A stretch of 64,000 nt of DNA, from positions 64,001 to 128,000 of the forward strand of contig CAWEYG010000005.1 in the NCBI GenBank assembly GCA_963813155.1, written 5' to 3'. The notes beneath the pieces are model-generated. The model was not told where the DNA came from, searched no databases, and worked only from the letters and a program-made list of their open reading frames with translations. This DNA comes from an uncultured Acidobacteriota bacterium. GTDB taxonomy: Bacteria > Acidobacteriota > Thermoanaerobaculia > UBA5066 > DATFVB01. A program made the translations under genes and the position numbers. Below, one piece after another: positions 13,117-27,414 of this stretch (its first letter is position 1; each line of letters begins with the position of its first letter).

Positions 13117-15026
13117 AGACCGATTTCGACGTCGTCGTCGTTGGCGCCGGGCACGCGGGTTGCGAAGCGGCCCATGCGTGCGCTCGAAAGGGGCTCTCGA
13201 CCCTGCTGTTGACCTTCTCGAGGCGGACGATCGCGAAGATGTCGTGCAACCCGGCGATCGGGGGAGTCGGGAAGGGGAATCTGGCGCGCGAGGTCGACGC
13301 GCTCGGCGGCCTGATGGGGACCGTCACCGACGCGGCCTGCATCCAGTTCAAGATGCTCAACCGCTCGCGCGGGCCGGCCGTGTGGGGCCCCCGTGCCCAG
13401 TGTGACAAAGAACTTTATAGCACAAAGATGACGGCGCTCCTCGACGCCACCCCGCAACTCGCCATCCGCGAAGGGAGCGCTGTCGGATTCCTGGAGTCCG
13501 CGGGCCGGATCGGCGGCGTTCGGCTCGAGAGCGGCGAGACGATCCGGTCCCGGGCGGTCGTCGTCACGACGGGCACGTTTCTCGCGGCCCGGATGCACGT
13601 CGGCGCAGACCAGAGCGAGGGCGGACGCGTCGGCGAGCGCAGCGCGACCGGGCTCTCGGACGCGCTTCGGGCGCTCGGGCTCGAAATCGGAAGGTTTAAG
13701 ACGGGGACTCCTCCGCGCGTCCGGCGCGACTCGGTGGAGACTTCGAGGTGCGAGCCGGCCCCCGGCGAGGATCCCCCGGTGCCGTTCTCGTTCCGGACGG
13801 CGAGGATCGACAATCCCCAGGTCCTCTGCTGGCTCACGGCGACAAACGAGCGGGTCCACGGAATCATCCGCGAGAATCTGGACCGGTCGCCGCTGTACGC
13901 CGGAAGAATCCGGGGGCTCGGTCCGCGCTACTGTCCGTCCATCGAGGACAAAGTCGTGAAGTTCGCCGAGAAGGATTTCCACCAGATTTTTCTCGAACCC
14001 GAGGGGCTCGCTTCCGAGGAGATGTACATCAACGGTCTTTCGACATCGCTTCCCGAGGACGTCCAGCGCGCGATCCTGAAGGAAATCCCGGGCCTCGAAA
14101 ACGCGGTGATGATTCGGCCCGGTTACGCCGTCGAATACGATTTCTGTCCTCCGCTTCAGTTGAGGACGACGCTCGAATGCCGCGACGTCCCCGGCCTGTA
14201 CCTCGCGGGTCAGATCAACGGTACATCCGGATACGAAGAGGCGGCCGCCCAGGGATTCTGGGCCGGAGCCAACGCGGCGCTCGCGCTGTCGGGGGAGGAT
14301 CCTTTCCTTCCGCGCCGGGACGAAGCGTACTGCGCCGTCCTCGTCGACGACCTCGTGTCGCAGGGCGTCGAGGAGCCGTACCGGATGTTCACTTCGCGCG
14401 CCGAATATCGCCTCCTGCTCGGAGTCGACACGGTGCTTCCGCGACTGCTCGGACATGGAAAGAGGCTCGGGCTGATCTCCGACGTCGAGTACTCGGAGGG
14501 CCTGCGCGGGGAAGAGAAGATTCGGACGTCCGGCAACCGCCTGCGCGAGAAGCGGCTCGTTCCCGACCGTTCGACGCTCGACGAGCTGTTGGAGCGAGGC
14601 GCGCCGCCGATCTCTGCGCCCGTGTCGCTGTTCAAGTACCTCCAGAGGCAGGATGTCGATTGCGACATTCTCTCCCGCGTCGTCCCCGGGTTTCTCGACA
14701 CTCTGAGCAGGGACGAGAAGTCGGTCCTCGAGTCGCGGGTGAAATACGAGGGATACATCGTGAAGGAGAAAGACCGGGCGCAGGCCCTTTCCCTCCTGTA
14801 CGGGGAAAAGATCCCCGCCGATTTTCCCTACTCGGAGATCTCCGGACTCTCGCGGGAAGTCGTGGAGAAATGTTCGCTTCGGCGCCCGCAGACGCTCGCG
14901 GAGGCGGCGCGGATCCCCGGCGTCACGGCCGGGGCGATCGCTATACTCGCTTCCCATGTCTCCAAAGTCCAAAAGACGGCTCGACGAGAGGCGGGTTCGC
15001 GCGGCCCTCTCCCGAATCGCGCCTGA
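13113..15026 (+). CDS. mnmG: tRNA uridine-5-carboxymethylaminomethyl modification enzyme MnmG (GidA)
   Basis: [47 protein letters not shown]. Confidence 0.98.
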   Translation: MKTDFDVVVVGAGHAGCEAAHACARKGLSTLLLTFSRRTIAKMSCNPAIGGVGKGNLAREVDALGGLMGTVTDAACIQFKMLNRSRGPAVWGPRAQCDKELYSTKMTALLDATPQLAIREGSAVGFLESAGRIGGVRLESGETIRSRAVVVTTGTFLAARMHVGADQSEGGRVGERSATGLSDALRALGLEIGRFKTGTPPRVRRDSVETSRCEPAPGEDPPVPFSFRTARIDNPQVLCWLTATNERVHGIIRENLDRSPLYAGRIRGLGPRYCPSIEDKVVKFAEKDFHQIFLEPEGLASEEMYINGLSTSLPEDVQRAILKEIPGLENAVMIRPGYAVEYDFCPPLQLRTTLECRDVPGLYLAGQINGTSGYEEAAAQGFWAGANAALALSGEDPFLPRRDEAYCAVLVDDLVSQGVEEPYRMFTSRAEYRLLLGVDTVLPRLLGHGKRLGLISDVEYSEGLRGEEKIRTSGNRLREKRLVPDRSTLDELLERGAPPISAPVSLFKYLQRQDVDCDILSRVVPGFLDTLSRDEKSVLESRVKYEGYIVKEKDRAQALSLLYGEKIPADFPYSEISGLSREVVEKCSLRRPQTLAEAARIPGVTAGAIAILASHVSKVQKTARREAGSRGPLPNRA

Positions 15027-15606
15027 GCTCGGCCTCGTCCTCGACGAGCCCCGGATCGCGCTTCTCCTGGCGTTCCTGACGGAGCTGTCCGTCTGGGGGG
15101 AGGCGACGAATCTGACCGGGAAGCTCTCCGACGAAGACCTGGCCTTCCACTGTCTCGAATCCGCCTGCGGCGCGGACCTGCTGGAGCCGGGGGAGACCGT
15201 CCTCGACATCGGGTCCGGAGCCGGTTTTCCGGGGATTCCTCTCGCCATCTGGCGGGTCCGAATTACCCTGCTCGAACCCCGCGAGCGACGCGCCGCTTTC
15301 CTTCGGCACGTGCTGCGCGCCCTGGGTGCGGGCTTGAACGCCGAGGTTCGAGCCGATAGAGTGGAGAGACTCCCGGATCCCGCATTCGACTCGGCGACGG
15401 TACGCGCGGTCGGCGGTTTCGGAGCCACGGTGGGGGAGGCGAAATTCTTGAAGCCGAACGGGAAACTGCTGATCTGGACAAGCGATGCCGCACGGTACGA
15501 GCGGGATCTCGCTCCCGGGTTCCGCCTCGAAAAATCGCGCCCGATTCCGACCTCCCGAACCCGGGAAATCGCGGTCTTCCGGAAATGTTCCACGGGGAAC
15601 ATTTGA
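14956..15606 (+). CDS. rsmG: 16S rRNA m7G527 methyltransferase RsmG (GidB)
   Basis: [24 protein letters not shown]; follows mnmG. Confidence 0.9.
   Translation: MSPKSKRRLDERRVRAALSRIAPELGLVLDEPRIALLLAFLTELSVWGEATNLTGKLSDEDLAFHCLESACGADLLEPGETVLDIGSGAGFPGIPLAIWRVRITLLEPRERRAAFLRHVLRALGAGLNAEVRADRVERLPDPAFDSATVRAVGGFGATVGEAKFLKPNGKLLIWTSDAARYERDLAPGFRLEKSRPIPTSRTREIAVFRKCSTGNI
15586..15601. promoter_or_regulatory. parS-like centromere site
   Basis: TGTTCCACGGGGAACA versus consensus TGTTNCACGTGAAACA; flanked by AAA/TTT; about 20 bp upstream of parA. Confidence 0.75.
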
Positions 15607-15622
15607 GCCGCTGAGGGCGTTG

Positions 15623-16372
15623 ATGGGCCGAACCGTTGCGCTCGCGAACCAGAAGGGTGGCGTCGGGAAGACCACGACCGTGATCAATCTCGGCGCGGCC
15701 CTCGCGAGCCTCGACCGCCGCGTCCTGCTCGTTGACGTGGATCCGCAGTCGAACACGACGTCGGGCCTCGGATTTCCGAAGGACAACGACGGCGGGACGG
15801 TCTACGACGCGCTCCGGGGAGAGCCGGTCGCGATCAAGCCGACCGCGTTCCCGAACCTGTTTCTCCTCTCGTCGACCCGCGAGCTCGTCGGCGCCGAGAT
15901 CGAGCTCGTCGACGTGCCCGACCGCGAGCGCCGTCTCGCCGCGGCGCTCGACGCGGTCAAGGGAGACTTCGACTTCCTCCTCATCGACTGCCCGCCCTCT
16001 CTCGGGCTCCTGACGCTCAACAGCCTTTGCGCGGCGGACGCCGTGCTGATCCCGATCCAGTGCGAGTATTTCGCGCTCGAAGGGGTGACCGACCTCATGG
16101 AAACGATCGATCGCATTCGCGCGTCGTTCAACGGCCGGCTGGAGATCGAAGGCGTCCTGCTGACGATGTACGACGAGCGGACGAACCTGTCGAGGCAGAT
16201 CGTCGACGACATCCGCTCGCACTTCGGGCCGAAAGTCTACCGATCCGTGATTCCCCGCAGCGTCCGGCTCGCGGAGGCGCCCTCGTTCGGAAAGCCGATC
16301 CTCGCGTACGACATCAAATCGAAAGGCTCCGAGGCGTACCTTGCGCTCGCGGCCGAGGTGATCGGCTCATGA
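15623..16372 (+). CDS. parA: Chromosome partitioning ATPase ParA/Soj
   Basis: NQKGGVGKTTT, DVDPQSN, IDCPPSLG, IPIQCEYFALEG, LAEAPSFG. Confidence 0.96.
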   Translation: MGRTVALANQKGGVGKTTTVINLGAALASLDRRVLLVDVDPQSNTTSGLGFPKDNDGGTVYDALRGEPVAIKPTAFPNLFLLSSTRELVGAEIELVDVPDRERRLAAALDAVKGDFDFLLIDCPPSLGLLTLNSLCAADAVLIPIQCEYFALEGVTDLMETIDRIRASFNGRLEIEGVLLTMYDERTNLSRQIVDDIRSHFGPKVYRSVIPRSVRLAEAPSFGKPILAYDIKSKGSEAYLALAAEVIGS

Positions 16373-17229
16373 GCCCGAAGCGACAGCCCCTGGGCCGCGG
16401 CCTGTCGGCGCTCCTGCCGGGGAAGGAAGAAAAGCGCGACGAATCGGGCCGGCGGGAAGTGGAGATTGCGAAAATCCGGCCGGGCCGATTTCAGCCCCGC
16501 GTCCAGTTCGACGCCGGAGCACTGACCGGCCTCGCCCAGTCGATCCGCTTGAACGGCGTCGTCCAGCCGATCCTCGTCGCTCCCGCCGAAAACGGCGAAT
16601 TCACGATCATCGCGGGGGAGCGCCGTTTCCGGGCGGCGCGGGAGGCGGGCCTGACCCGCGTGCCGGTCATCGTGCGAACCCCCCGCAACGATGAAGAAAG
16701 GCTCGAGCTCGCGCTGATCGAGAACATCCAGCGCGAGGACTTGAATCCGATGGAAGAAGCCGCCGCCTACGGCCGTCTTCGCGAAGAATTTCACCTGACG
16801 CAGGAAGAGATCGCGGAAAAAGTCGGTAAAGATCGCTCGACGGTGGCTAACTCATTAAGAATCTTACGTTTACCTTCTACTGTTCGCGACCTCCTCCGAA
16901 ACGGAGCTCTCAGCGCGGGCCATGCGAAGGCGATCGCCTCCCTGTCGTCGGCCGACGACCAGACTCGCCTGGCCGAGGAGATCGTCCGACGGGCGCTCTC
17001 CGTGCGGGCGGCGGAAGCCCGCGCCGCCGCGATGGCCGCTCCTTCCCCGGGCGTTCGGAAGGAAAAGAGGCGCGATCCCTTCAGCCGCGACGCGGAAGAG
17101 AAGCTCGCGCGCCGGCTTCATGCGAAAGTGCAGCTGCGCCGCAAGCGGCGCGGGGGCTCGATCTCGATTGATTTCGGATCGGAGGAAGAATTGATCCGCC
17201 TGTTCGAAATCCTGATGGGGAAACACTGA
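16369..17229 (+). CDS. parB: Chromosome partitioning protein ParB/Spo0J
   Basis: LGRGLSALL, IIAGERRFRAA, ALIENIQREDLNPMEEA, HTH GKDRSTVANSLR. Confidence 0.96.
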   Translation: MSPKRQPLGRGLSALLPGKEEKRDESGRREVEIAKIRPGRFQPRVQFDAGALTGLAQSIRLNGVVQPILVAPAENGEFTIIAGERRFRAAREAGLTRVPVIVRTPRNDEERLELALIENIQREDLNPMEEAAAYGRLREEFHLTQEEIAEKVGKDRSTVANSLRILRLPSTVRDLLRNGALSAGHAKAIASLSSADDQTRLAEEIVRRALSVRAAEARAAAMAAPSPGVRKEKRRDPFSRDAEEKLARRLHAKVQLRRKRRGGSISIDFGSEEELIRLFEILMGKH

Positions 17230-17573
17230 TGTCATCGAAAAAACCGGGCGACGGAGTTCTGAACGGGTTTCTGGACCAGGGAAGCCGCTTCAAAGGAGAG
17301 CTTTCCTTCGACGACACGCTGAGGATCGACGGAAAGTTCGAGGGAACGATCCGGTCGGCGAATCAGCTGATCATCGGCGAGACTGCCGACGTCAACGCGG
17401 ACATCCAGGTGGGAAGCGTGTCGATCGACGGAACGGTCCGCGGCACGGTCGTCGCGAAATCGAAGATCGAGATCCACCCCCATGGAAAGGTGTTCGCGCA
17501 ACTCAACTCGCCGATTCTGAAAATCGAGGAAGGCGCGCTCTTCCAGGGCGCGTGCACGATGGAATCGAAGTGA
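17229..17573 (+). CDS. Bactofilin (polymer-forming cytoskeletal protein)
   Basis: GSRFKGELSFDDTLRIDGKFEGTI...IDGTVRGTV...LKIEEGALFQGACTM beta-helix repeats. Confidence 0.9.
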   Translation: MSSKKPGDGVLNGFLDQGSRFKGELSFDDTLRIDGKFEGTIRSANQLIIGETADVNADIQVGSVSIDGTVRGTVVAKSKIEIHPHGKVFAQLNSPILKIEEGALFQGACTMESK

Positions 17574-17666
17574 GGCCGGGAACCCGGCGCCCGCGCCATT
17601 GCGCGGGCCTTCGGAGTCTGATATCAATGCTCGGTTTTTTCGAATCGCTCCGGAAGGAACTCTAGA

Positions 17667-18101
17667 ATGCTGCAGGCCCCCAACGTCTCGATGCTCCTGA
17701 TCCTGGCGATTTTCTTCGCCGTGCTGTGGCTTTTGAACCGTTTCGTTTTTCGGCCCGTCGGCGCGATCCTCGACGAACGGGAGAGGGAGACGACGACGGC
17801 CTCGCAGGCCTACGCCGGGGCCCTCGCGGAATTCCAGGCGGCGGCGGACAAGATCGAGGCCGACCTGTCGCTCGCCCGCCGCGAGGCCCTCAAGCTTCGG
17901 GAAGAGCGGCGCGCCGAAGGTATGCAGCTCCGGTCGAGCAAGATCGAGCAGGTCAAGGCGGAAGCCGCCGAGAAACTCTCGGGCGCGAGCGCGGAGTTGG
18001 AACTGCACTCTCGAACAGTCGCCGCCGATCTTCCCGCCCGGGTTGCGGCGCTTGCCCAGTTGCTGGCCGAGAAAATCCTCGGGCGAAAGGTGGCGGCGTG
18101 A
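17667..18101 (+). CDS. atpF2: ATP synthase F0 subunit b'
   Basis: N-terminal TM, LNRFVFRPVGAILDERE, coiled coil; first gene of atp cluster. Confidence 0.85.
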   Translation: MLQAPNVSMLLILAIFFAVLWLLNRFVFRPVGAILDERERETTTASQAYAGALAEFQAAADKIEADLSLARREALKLREERRAEGMQLRSSKIEQVKAEAAEKLSGASAELELHSRTVAADLPARVAALAQLLAEKILGRKVAA

Positions 18102-18673
18102 GACGCGCGCGACTCGCGCTCGCGGCCGGCTGGACGGTGCTGCTCGCGTTGCCCCTTCGGGCCGCGGAAGAGGCCGCCGCGCCGGAGAAATTTCTCGGTC
18201 TTCCCGTCGAGCTCTGGAAGACGGTGAATCTCCTGCTTTTTCTCGGGATGCTCGTCTATTTCCTCGGCAAGCCGTTCAACCGATATTTTCGGAAGCGGCG
18301 CGAGGACCTCGACGCGCTGCTGGACAAGGCGAAAACCGACCGGGAGCAGGCTTTGACGCTCGCGGCGGAGATGCGCACGCGGCTTTCGAAGCTCGAATCC
18401 GAGATCGCGGAGATCCGCGCCCGGGGAGCGGTAGACGGCGAGGCGGAGAAGGCCGCCCAGCTCGCGGCGGCGGAGAAAGAGGCAGAAAACCTGCTTCGAA
18501 ACACGGCGGAGGAAATCGACCGCCGGCTCGCCGCCGCGAAACAGGAGCTCGCGCGGGCGGCCTCGGACCTGGCGGCGTCGCGCGCGAAGGAGATTCTCGC
18601 CGGTTCGATCACGGACGAGGACCGGAAACGTCTTCTCGACGACAGCGTCCAGAAGATCTCGCGGATCCAATGA
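18098..18673 (+). CDS. atpF: ATP synthase F0 subunit b
   Basis: WKTVNLLLFLGMLVYFLGKPFNRYFRKRRE followed by coiled coil; GTG overlaps upstream stop. Confidence 0.88.
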   Translation: MRRARLALAAGWTVLLALPLRAAEEAAAPEKFLGLPVELWKTVNLLLFLGMLVYFLGKPFNRYFRKRREDLDALLDKAKTDREQALTLAAEMRTRLSKLESEIAEIRARGAVDGEAEKAAQLAAAEKEAENLLRNTAEEIDRRLAAAKQELARAASDLAASRAKEILAGSITDEDRKRLLDDSVQKISRIQ

Positions 18674-19198
18674 GCGCGCGATTCGCCAGACCCTACGCGG
18701 CCGCGCTGCTCCAGACGGCGCCTCCGAACTATGATTTCGGGAGTTTCCTCGCGTCCGTTCGCGCGATCGCCGACGCTCTCGCGGCCAGCGGCAGCCTGAG
18801 GTCGATCCTTTCGAATCCTTCGGTTGCGTTCGCGGCCAAAGAGGGGATCGTCGAGGCTCTTTCCGAGAAGGCGGGCCTCGACACGACTGGCCGAAGGTTC
18901 CTCCAGGTCGTCCTGCGGAACCGGCGGTTCCTCGGCCTGTCGGAGATCGCGGGCGCGATCGGAGAGGCGCTCGACGCGCGGGAAGGCGTCGTCCCGGCGA
19001 GCATCACCGCCGCGGGAGTGCTTGCCGCCCCCGACGCCGACCGCGTTGCCGCGGCCCTGTCGGGCGCGGTCGGAAAGAAAGTTCGCGCGACCTTCGAAGT
19101 CGACGCGAACCTCCTCGCGGGCTTCGTGGCCCGCGTCGGATCCAGGATCTACGACGCCTCCGCCCTCGGAGCGCTCGAAAAATTTAAGGAAGAAACGC

Positions 19199-19209
<11 letters not shown>
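18670..19209 (+). CDS. atpH: ATP synthase F1 subunit delta
   Basis: [29 protein letters not shown]. Confidence 0.93.
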
Positions 19210-20731
<1,522 letters not shown>

Positions 20732-20741
20732 CCGGCAGACG

Positions 20742-23073
<2,332 letters not shown>

Positions 23074-23075
23074 AC

Positions 23076-23471
23076 GTGCCGCTTCAACTGCAACTCGTCA
23101 CGCCGGAACGCAAAGTCCTTGACGTCGCGTGCGATGAGGTGGAATTGCCGGGCGAAATGGGGCATTTCGGCGTCCTTGCGGGACACGCGCGCCTGATCGC
23201 GCTGCTCCAGATCGGAGAGGCGCGGTATCGGGTGGACAAAAAGGAAAGCTACGTCGCGATCGGCGGCGGCTTCGCCGAGGTCGCCGACGACAAGGTGACC
23301 GTTCTGTGCGATTTCGCGCAGCTTCCGGAAGAGATCGACGTCGCCGCCGCGCAGAGCGACAAGACGCAGGCCGAGGAAGAGATGAAGACGGTCGGCCCGG
23401 AAACGTTCGACGCGGTGCATGCGAAGCTGGAAACCGCTGACGCCAGGATTCAGGTCGCCAACCGGAAGTAG
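23076..23471 (+). CDS. atpC: ATP synthase F1 subunit epsilon
   Basis: LQLVTPER, GEMGHFGVLAGH, GGFAEV; GTG start. Confidence 0.95.
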   Translation: MPLQLQLVTPERKVLDVACDEVELPGEMGHFGVLAGHARLIALLQIGEARYRVDKKESYVAIGGGFAEVADDKVTVLCDFAQLPEEIDVAAAQSDKTQAEEEMKTVGPETFDAVHAKLETADARIQVANRK

Positions 23472-23579
23472 GGCTCGCTGGGCAGGAATCCGCCCCGCGT
23501 CGAATAGCGTACTTCTCCCGTGGCGTGAAGGGGATCCGGATCGTTCCGGTACCGGAGATTCGGGCGGCGTAGACGGGAG

Positions 23580-25181
23580 TCAGCGCTCCGACACGTCGTA
23601 GGCGCACATGCGCTCCCCGCACTTTTCGTTGTTGAGCCTCTTGCGGCTCCATTCTTCCAGCTCGGAGACCACGGCGTCGCGGTCCTTGTAACGCAGGACG
23701 AGCAGTTTCTCGCCGGTGCGGAGCCCCTTTGCGGAGTCGGTGATCACGGCCGGGCGGTCGGTGTAGTACTCGAACAGCGGTCCCTGGAACCACTGGTTCA
23801 AGGGCGTCTCGGAGATCGGAACGAAGACGAATCGGGAGAAGGTGTCGTTGCGGAGGGAAGAGAGGAACTCGATGTCCGATCGTGTTCCGAGCTGGTCGTC
23901 GAGCACCTGGGCGTACGCCGCTTTCGCGGCGGAGAGGAGATAGAACGCCAGGGCCGCGCAGCCGATAACGGTTCCGGCGAGCCCGGAGCGGCTGCGACCG
24001 AGAGACGCGGCGAAGCCGGCGACGAGTGCTGCGATCGGCAGGCAGAACCAGTACTGCCAGTACAGATGAATGAAGCTTCCCTCCCGGAACGCGAAGAGCC
24101 AGACGCAGGCGACCGCAAGCGTCGTGAAAAAGAACACGGCCAGGCCGGGTCGGGGCGGCGCCGAAGAAACCGGAGCCCTTGCGCGAGAACGCCTTTTCCA
24201 GAGCCATGGCCCCGCGAGGGAGAGCGAGAGAGCCGCCACAATCCAGGGGACGGCCGGGGTGAAGTTGCTCTTCGCGTAGGTCCACTGGCGCGCCCACCAT
24301 TCTGCGGCGGGAATCGACGCTGCCCGTTCGGCGAACGAGCGCGCCAGAGCGCCCCTTGCGCTCGCCCAGGTCCCACGGATGGAGATCAGGAGGCCGGCCA
24401 GCGCGGCGACTCCGCCCAAACCGGATAACGCCGTGGTCGTCAGAGCGCGCTTCGCTTTCGGATCGCCGGTTCGCAGCGAGGCCGCGAGGAGGTACGCAGC
24501 GATCGCACCCGCGAAGAGTGCGCCCGTCCAGTGCGCGAGGATCGCGAGGCCGACCGCAACGCCGTAGAACGCGAGCGCGCCCTTCGTCCCCCTGCGAAAA
24601 TAGGCGGAAAGAGCGACGAACAGCCAGACGCCCGCGAGCATTCCGTCCGTCTCGAATTTCACGCAGGTCTGGTAAACGGCGAACAGCGGCAGACAGACGA
24701 GCGTGACGGCGCCGGCGAGCGAAGCCATCAGACTTCCCGTCGCCTGGAGAAAGATCGCGTAGGTGCCGGCGGCGGTCGCAAACGAAATCGCGAGATAGAA
24801 CGCGCGAGCAGCCCACTCGGGGGTTCCCGTAATCTTCGTGAATTGCTGGAAAACGGTCTTCACCAGGAAGGGATGATCGGTGTAGTAGGTCGGATTCCCC
24901 CGCCGTTCGCCCCACCTCGAGTAGGCGTTGACCGTGACTCCGAACTGCGACCGGAGGTCCCCATTGCGGTTGCCGTTTCGTGCCCGGAACAGATAGTCGG
25001 CGTTGTCGTAGTTGTAATGCAGTCGGGTATCGAGAAGAGGAAGATTCAGTTTGTCTCCGCAGGTCGCGACCTGAAGGGCGAGGATCAACGCCAGGGAGAA
25101 CGCGATTCCCGCGGCTTTCTTGCGTTCTCGATCCGGCCGCGCGAGGGCATGTTTCTCGTGGCGGATCGCCTTTCGCGTCAC
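23580..25181 (-). CDS. Polytopic membrane glycosyltransferase (GT-C / ArnT-PMT-like)
   Basis: About 12 hydrophobic segments, early loop YDNAD...YTDHPFL, soluble C-terminal domain; GTG overlaps peptidase stop. Confidence 0.65.
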   Translation of the reverse strand: MTRKAIRHEKHALARPDRERKKAAGIAFSLALILALQVATCGDKLNLPLLDTRLHYNYDNADYLFRARNGNRNGDLRSQFGVTVNAYSRWGERRGNPTYYTDHPFLVKTVFQQFTKITGTPEWAARAFYLAISFATAAGTYAIFLQATGSLMASLAGAVTLVCLPLFAVYQTCVKFETDGMLAGVWLFVALSAYFRRGTKGALAFYGVAVGLAILAHWTGALFAGAIAAYLLAASLRTGDPKAKRALTTTALSGLGGVAALAGLLISIRGTWASARGALARSFAERAASIPAAEWWARQWTYAKSNFTPAVPWIVAALSLSLAGPWLWKRRSRARAPVSSAPPRPGLAVFFFTTLAVACVWLFAFREGSFIHLYWQYWFCLPIAALVAGFAASLGRSRSGLAGTVIGCAALAFYLLSAAKAAYAQVLDDQLGTRSDIEFLSSLRNDTFSRFVFVPISETPLNQWFQGPLFEYYTDRPAVITDSAKGLRTGEKLLVLRYKDRDAVVSELEEWSRKRLNNEKCGERMCAYDVSER

Positions 25182-27316
25182 GGCGCCTTCAGCCCCCCGA
25201 TTTCCCTGAACAGAAACGCGAGGATGTCGGAAGACTCCTCGATCTGCTTCGAGACGGACGTTTCGCTCCCCGTGTCGCCGCCTCCCCCGTGGCCCGCCTG
25301 CGTCTCGATCCGGATGAGGATCGGGGCGGTGCCGGCCTGAGCGGCCTGCAGCGTCGCCGCGTACTTGAACGAGTGCCCCGGCACGACGCGGTCGTCGTGG
25401 TCGGCCGTCGTGATCAGCACGGGCGGGTAGTGCGTGCCCTTTTTGATGTTGTGAAGCGGGGAGTAGCGAATCAACCAGGCGAACTGGTCCGGCTTGTCCG
25501 ATCGCCCGTAGTCCGAAGCCCACGCCCAACCGATCGTGAACAGGTGGTAGCGAAGCATGTCCATGACGCCGACCTGGGGCACCGCGGCGCCGAAGAGTTC
25601 CGGGTGCTGGTTCAGAGTCGCCCCAACGAGCAATCCTCCGTTGCTGCGGCCGTTGATGGCCAGCCTCTTCGGGTTCGTGTACCCCTTTGCAATCAGCCAC
25701 TTCGCGGCCCAGGCAAAGTCGTCGAAGACGTTCTGCTTGTTGCCAAGCATCCCGGCGCGGTGCCACTCCTCCCCGTATTCGGACCCTCCCCGCAGGCACG
25801 CGTGGGCAAACAGGCCCCCCATTTCGATCCACGCAAGCGCTCGCGCCGAGTAGGCGGGAGTCATCGCGAGGTCGAACCCGCCGTAGCCGAAAAGCAGCGT
25901 GGGAATGTCGCCGGTCTGCTTGAGCCCCTTTCTCGAGACGAGGAACATCGGGATTTTCGTCCCATCTTTGGACGGGTAGAAGACCTCGCGCGTTTCGAAG
26001 CGCGCCGGATCGAACGGGACTTTCGGTTCGCGGAAGACGGAACTCTTCCCGGTCTCGAAATCGTAGCGATAGATGCGCACCGGATAGGAAAACGAGACGA
26101 AGGAGTAGAACGTCTCCTTGTCGGAACGCTTCCCGAAGAATCCGCCCGCCGCGCCGAGCGCCGGCAACTCGATCTCCTTCTCGGGCTTTCCGTCGAGCGA
26201 AAAGAGACGCACTCGGCTTGCGGCGTCGACGAGATACTGCGCCACGATCCGCTCGCCCACGATCGAGACGCCCTCGAGCGACGCGGCGGCCTGGGGCACG
26301 ACGTCGTGAAGCGCAGGCTCTGCCTGCCCGGGCGAGACGTCCACCGAGACGACCCGTCCTCGCGGCGCGTCCTTGTCGGTCTGGAAGTAGAACGTGGATC
26401 CGACATCGTCGAGGAACTGGTACCGGGCGTCGTAGCGATCGAAGAGCTTGACGAAATCGGAGCCGGGCTTTTCCAGATCGCGGTAGTAGAGCCGGTTTCG
26501 GGGATCCGTGCCCTCGCGAACGGTGAGAATGAGCCAGCGGCCGCCGTCGGTGACATCAGCGGAAAAGAACCAATCGGGCTTGTCGGGGCGCGCGAAAACG
26601 GGCTCGTCCCGCGACTGGGGCGTGCCGAGGCGGTGGAACCAGACCTTCTGGTTCTTGACGACCGACTGCAGCTCGCGGCCGGCCGGGGGCTCGTCGTACC
26701 GGGAGTAGTAAAAACCCCGGTTATCCGGCGCCCATGACGCGCCGGAGAACTTCACCCATTTCAGGAGGTCGTCGGTGTCCTTCCCCGTTTCGATGTTTCG
26801 AACCTTCCACTCGTTCCAGTCCGAGCCCGCGGCGGACGTGCCGTAGGCGAGAAGGTTGCCGTCGTGCGAGACGGCGTACCCGGCGAGCGACACCGTTCCG
26901 TTCGAGGAAAGCGCGTTCGGGTCCAACAGGACCCGAGGCGCGCCATCGAGGGAATCCTGGACGAGGAGAACGCTCTGGTTCTGAAGACCGCTGTTGCGCG
27001 TAAAGAAGTAGCGGCTCGCCTCCCGAAACGGCGGAGAGTTGCGCTCGTAATTCCACAGTCCCTCGAGGGCTGAGCGGATTCGCTCCCGGCCCGGAATTTT
27101 CGAGAAGAAGGATCTCGTGAGCCGGTTCTCTGCCTCGATCCAGGCGCGGGTCGCGGGGGAGTCCGGGTTCTCGAGCTCCCGGTAGGGGTCGGCGATCTTC
27201 GTCCCGTGGTACTCGTCGACCTGTCGCGTCTTCGGCGCCTTCGGATAACGGGCGACGGTCGCTGCTGCGAGGCTGAGAGCAATGAGCGAAATGAACGAAG
27301 GGATCCAAATTCGCAT
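25178..27316 (-). CDS. Secreted prolyl oligopeptidase (S9A)
   Basis: Signal peptide, DPYRELE, GYGGF, RGGSEYGEEWH, catalytic GRSNGG, DHDDRV, AGHG. Confidence 0.95.
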   Translation of the reverse strand: MRIWIPSFISLIALSLAAATVARYPKAPKTRQVDEYHGTKIADPYRELENPDSPATRAWIEAENRLTRSFFSKIPGRERIRSALEGLWNYERNSPPFREASRYFFTRNSGLQNQSVLLVQDSLDGAPRVLLDPNALSSNGTVSLAGYAVSHDGNLLAYGTSAAGSDWNEWKVRNIETGKDTDDLLKWVKFSGASWAPDNRGFYYSRYDEPPAGRELQSVVKNQKVWFHRLGTPQSRDEPVFARPDKPDWFFSADVTDGGRWLILTVREGTDPRNRLYYRDLEKPGSDFVKLFDRYDARYQFLDDVGSTFYFQTDKDAPRGRVVSVDVSPGQAEPALHDVVPQAAASLEGVSIVGERIVAQYLVDAASRVRLFSLDGKPEKEIELPALGAAGGFFGKRSDKETFYSFVSFSYPVRIYRYDFETGKSSVFREPKVPFDPARFETREVFYPSKDGTKIPMFLVSRKGLKQTGDIPTLLFGYGGFDLAMTPAYSARALAWIEMGGLFAHACLRGGSEYGEEWHRAGMLGNKQNVFDDFAWAAKWLIAKGYTNPKRLAINGRSNGGLLVGATLNQHPELFGAAVPQVGVMDMLRYHLFTIGWAWASDYGRSDKPDQFAWLIRYSPLHNIKKGTHYPPVLITTADHDDRVVPGHSFKYAATLQAAQAGTAPILIRIETQAGHGGGGDTGSETSVSKQIEESSDILAFLFREIGGLKAP

Positions 27317-27414
27317 CCTCGTCCTCCGCTCGAAACAGTAGCACGATGCGAACACGCCGCCGCGGTTGCCGCAATGGCTCTTGATTGCGTCGCGGCGCTT
27401 GGGATAATCGCGCG

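Noticed and set aside
13401-13430. Short AT-rich patch in mnmG (TTTATAGCACA) resembling a DnaA box
   Set aside because: It does not fit TTWTNCACA without a gap and is isolated.
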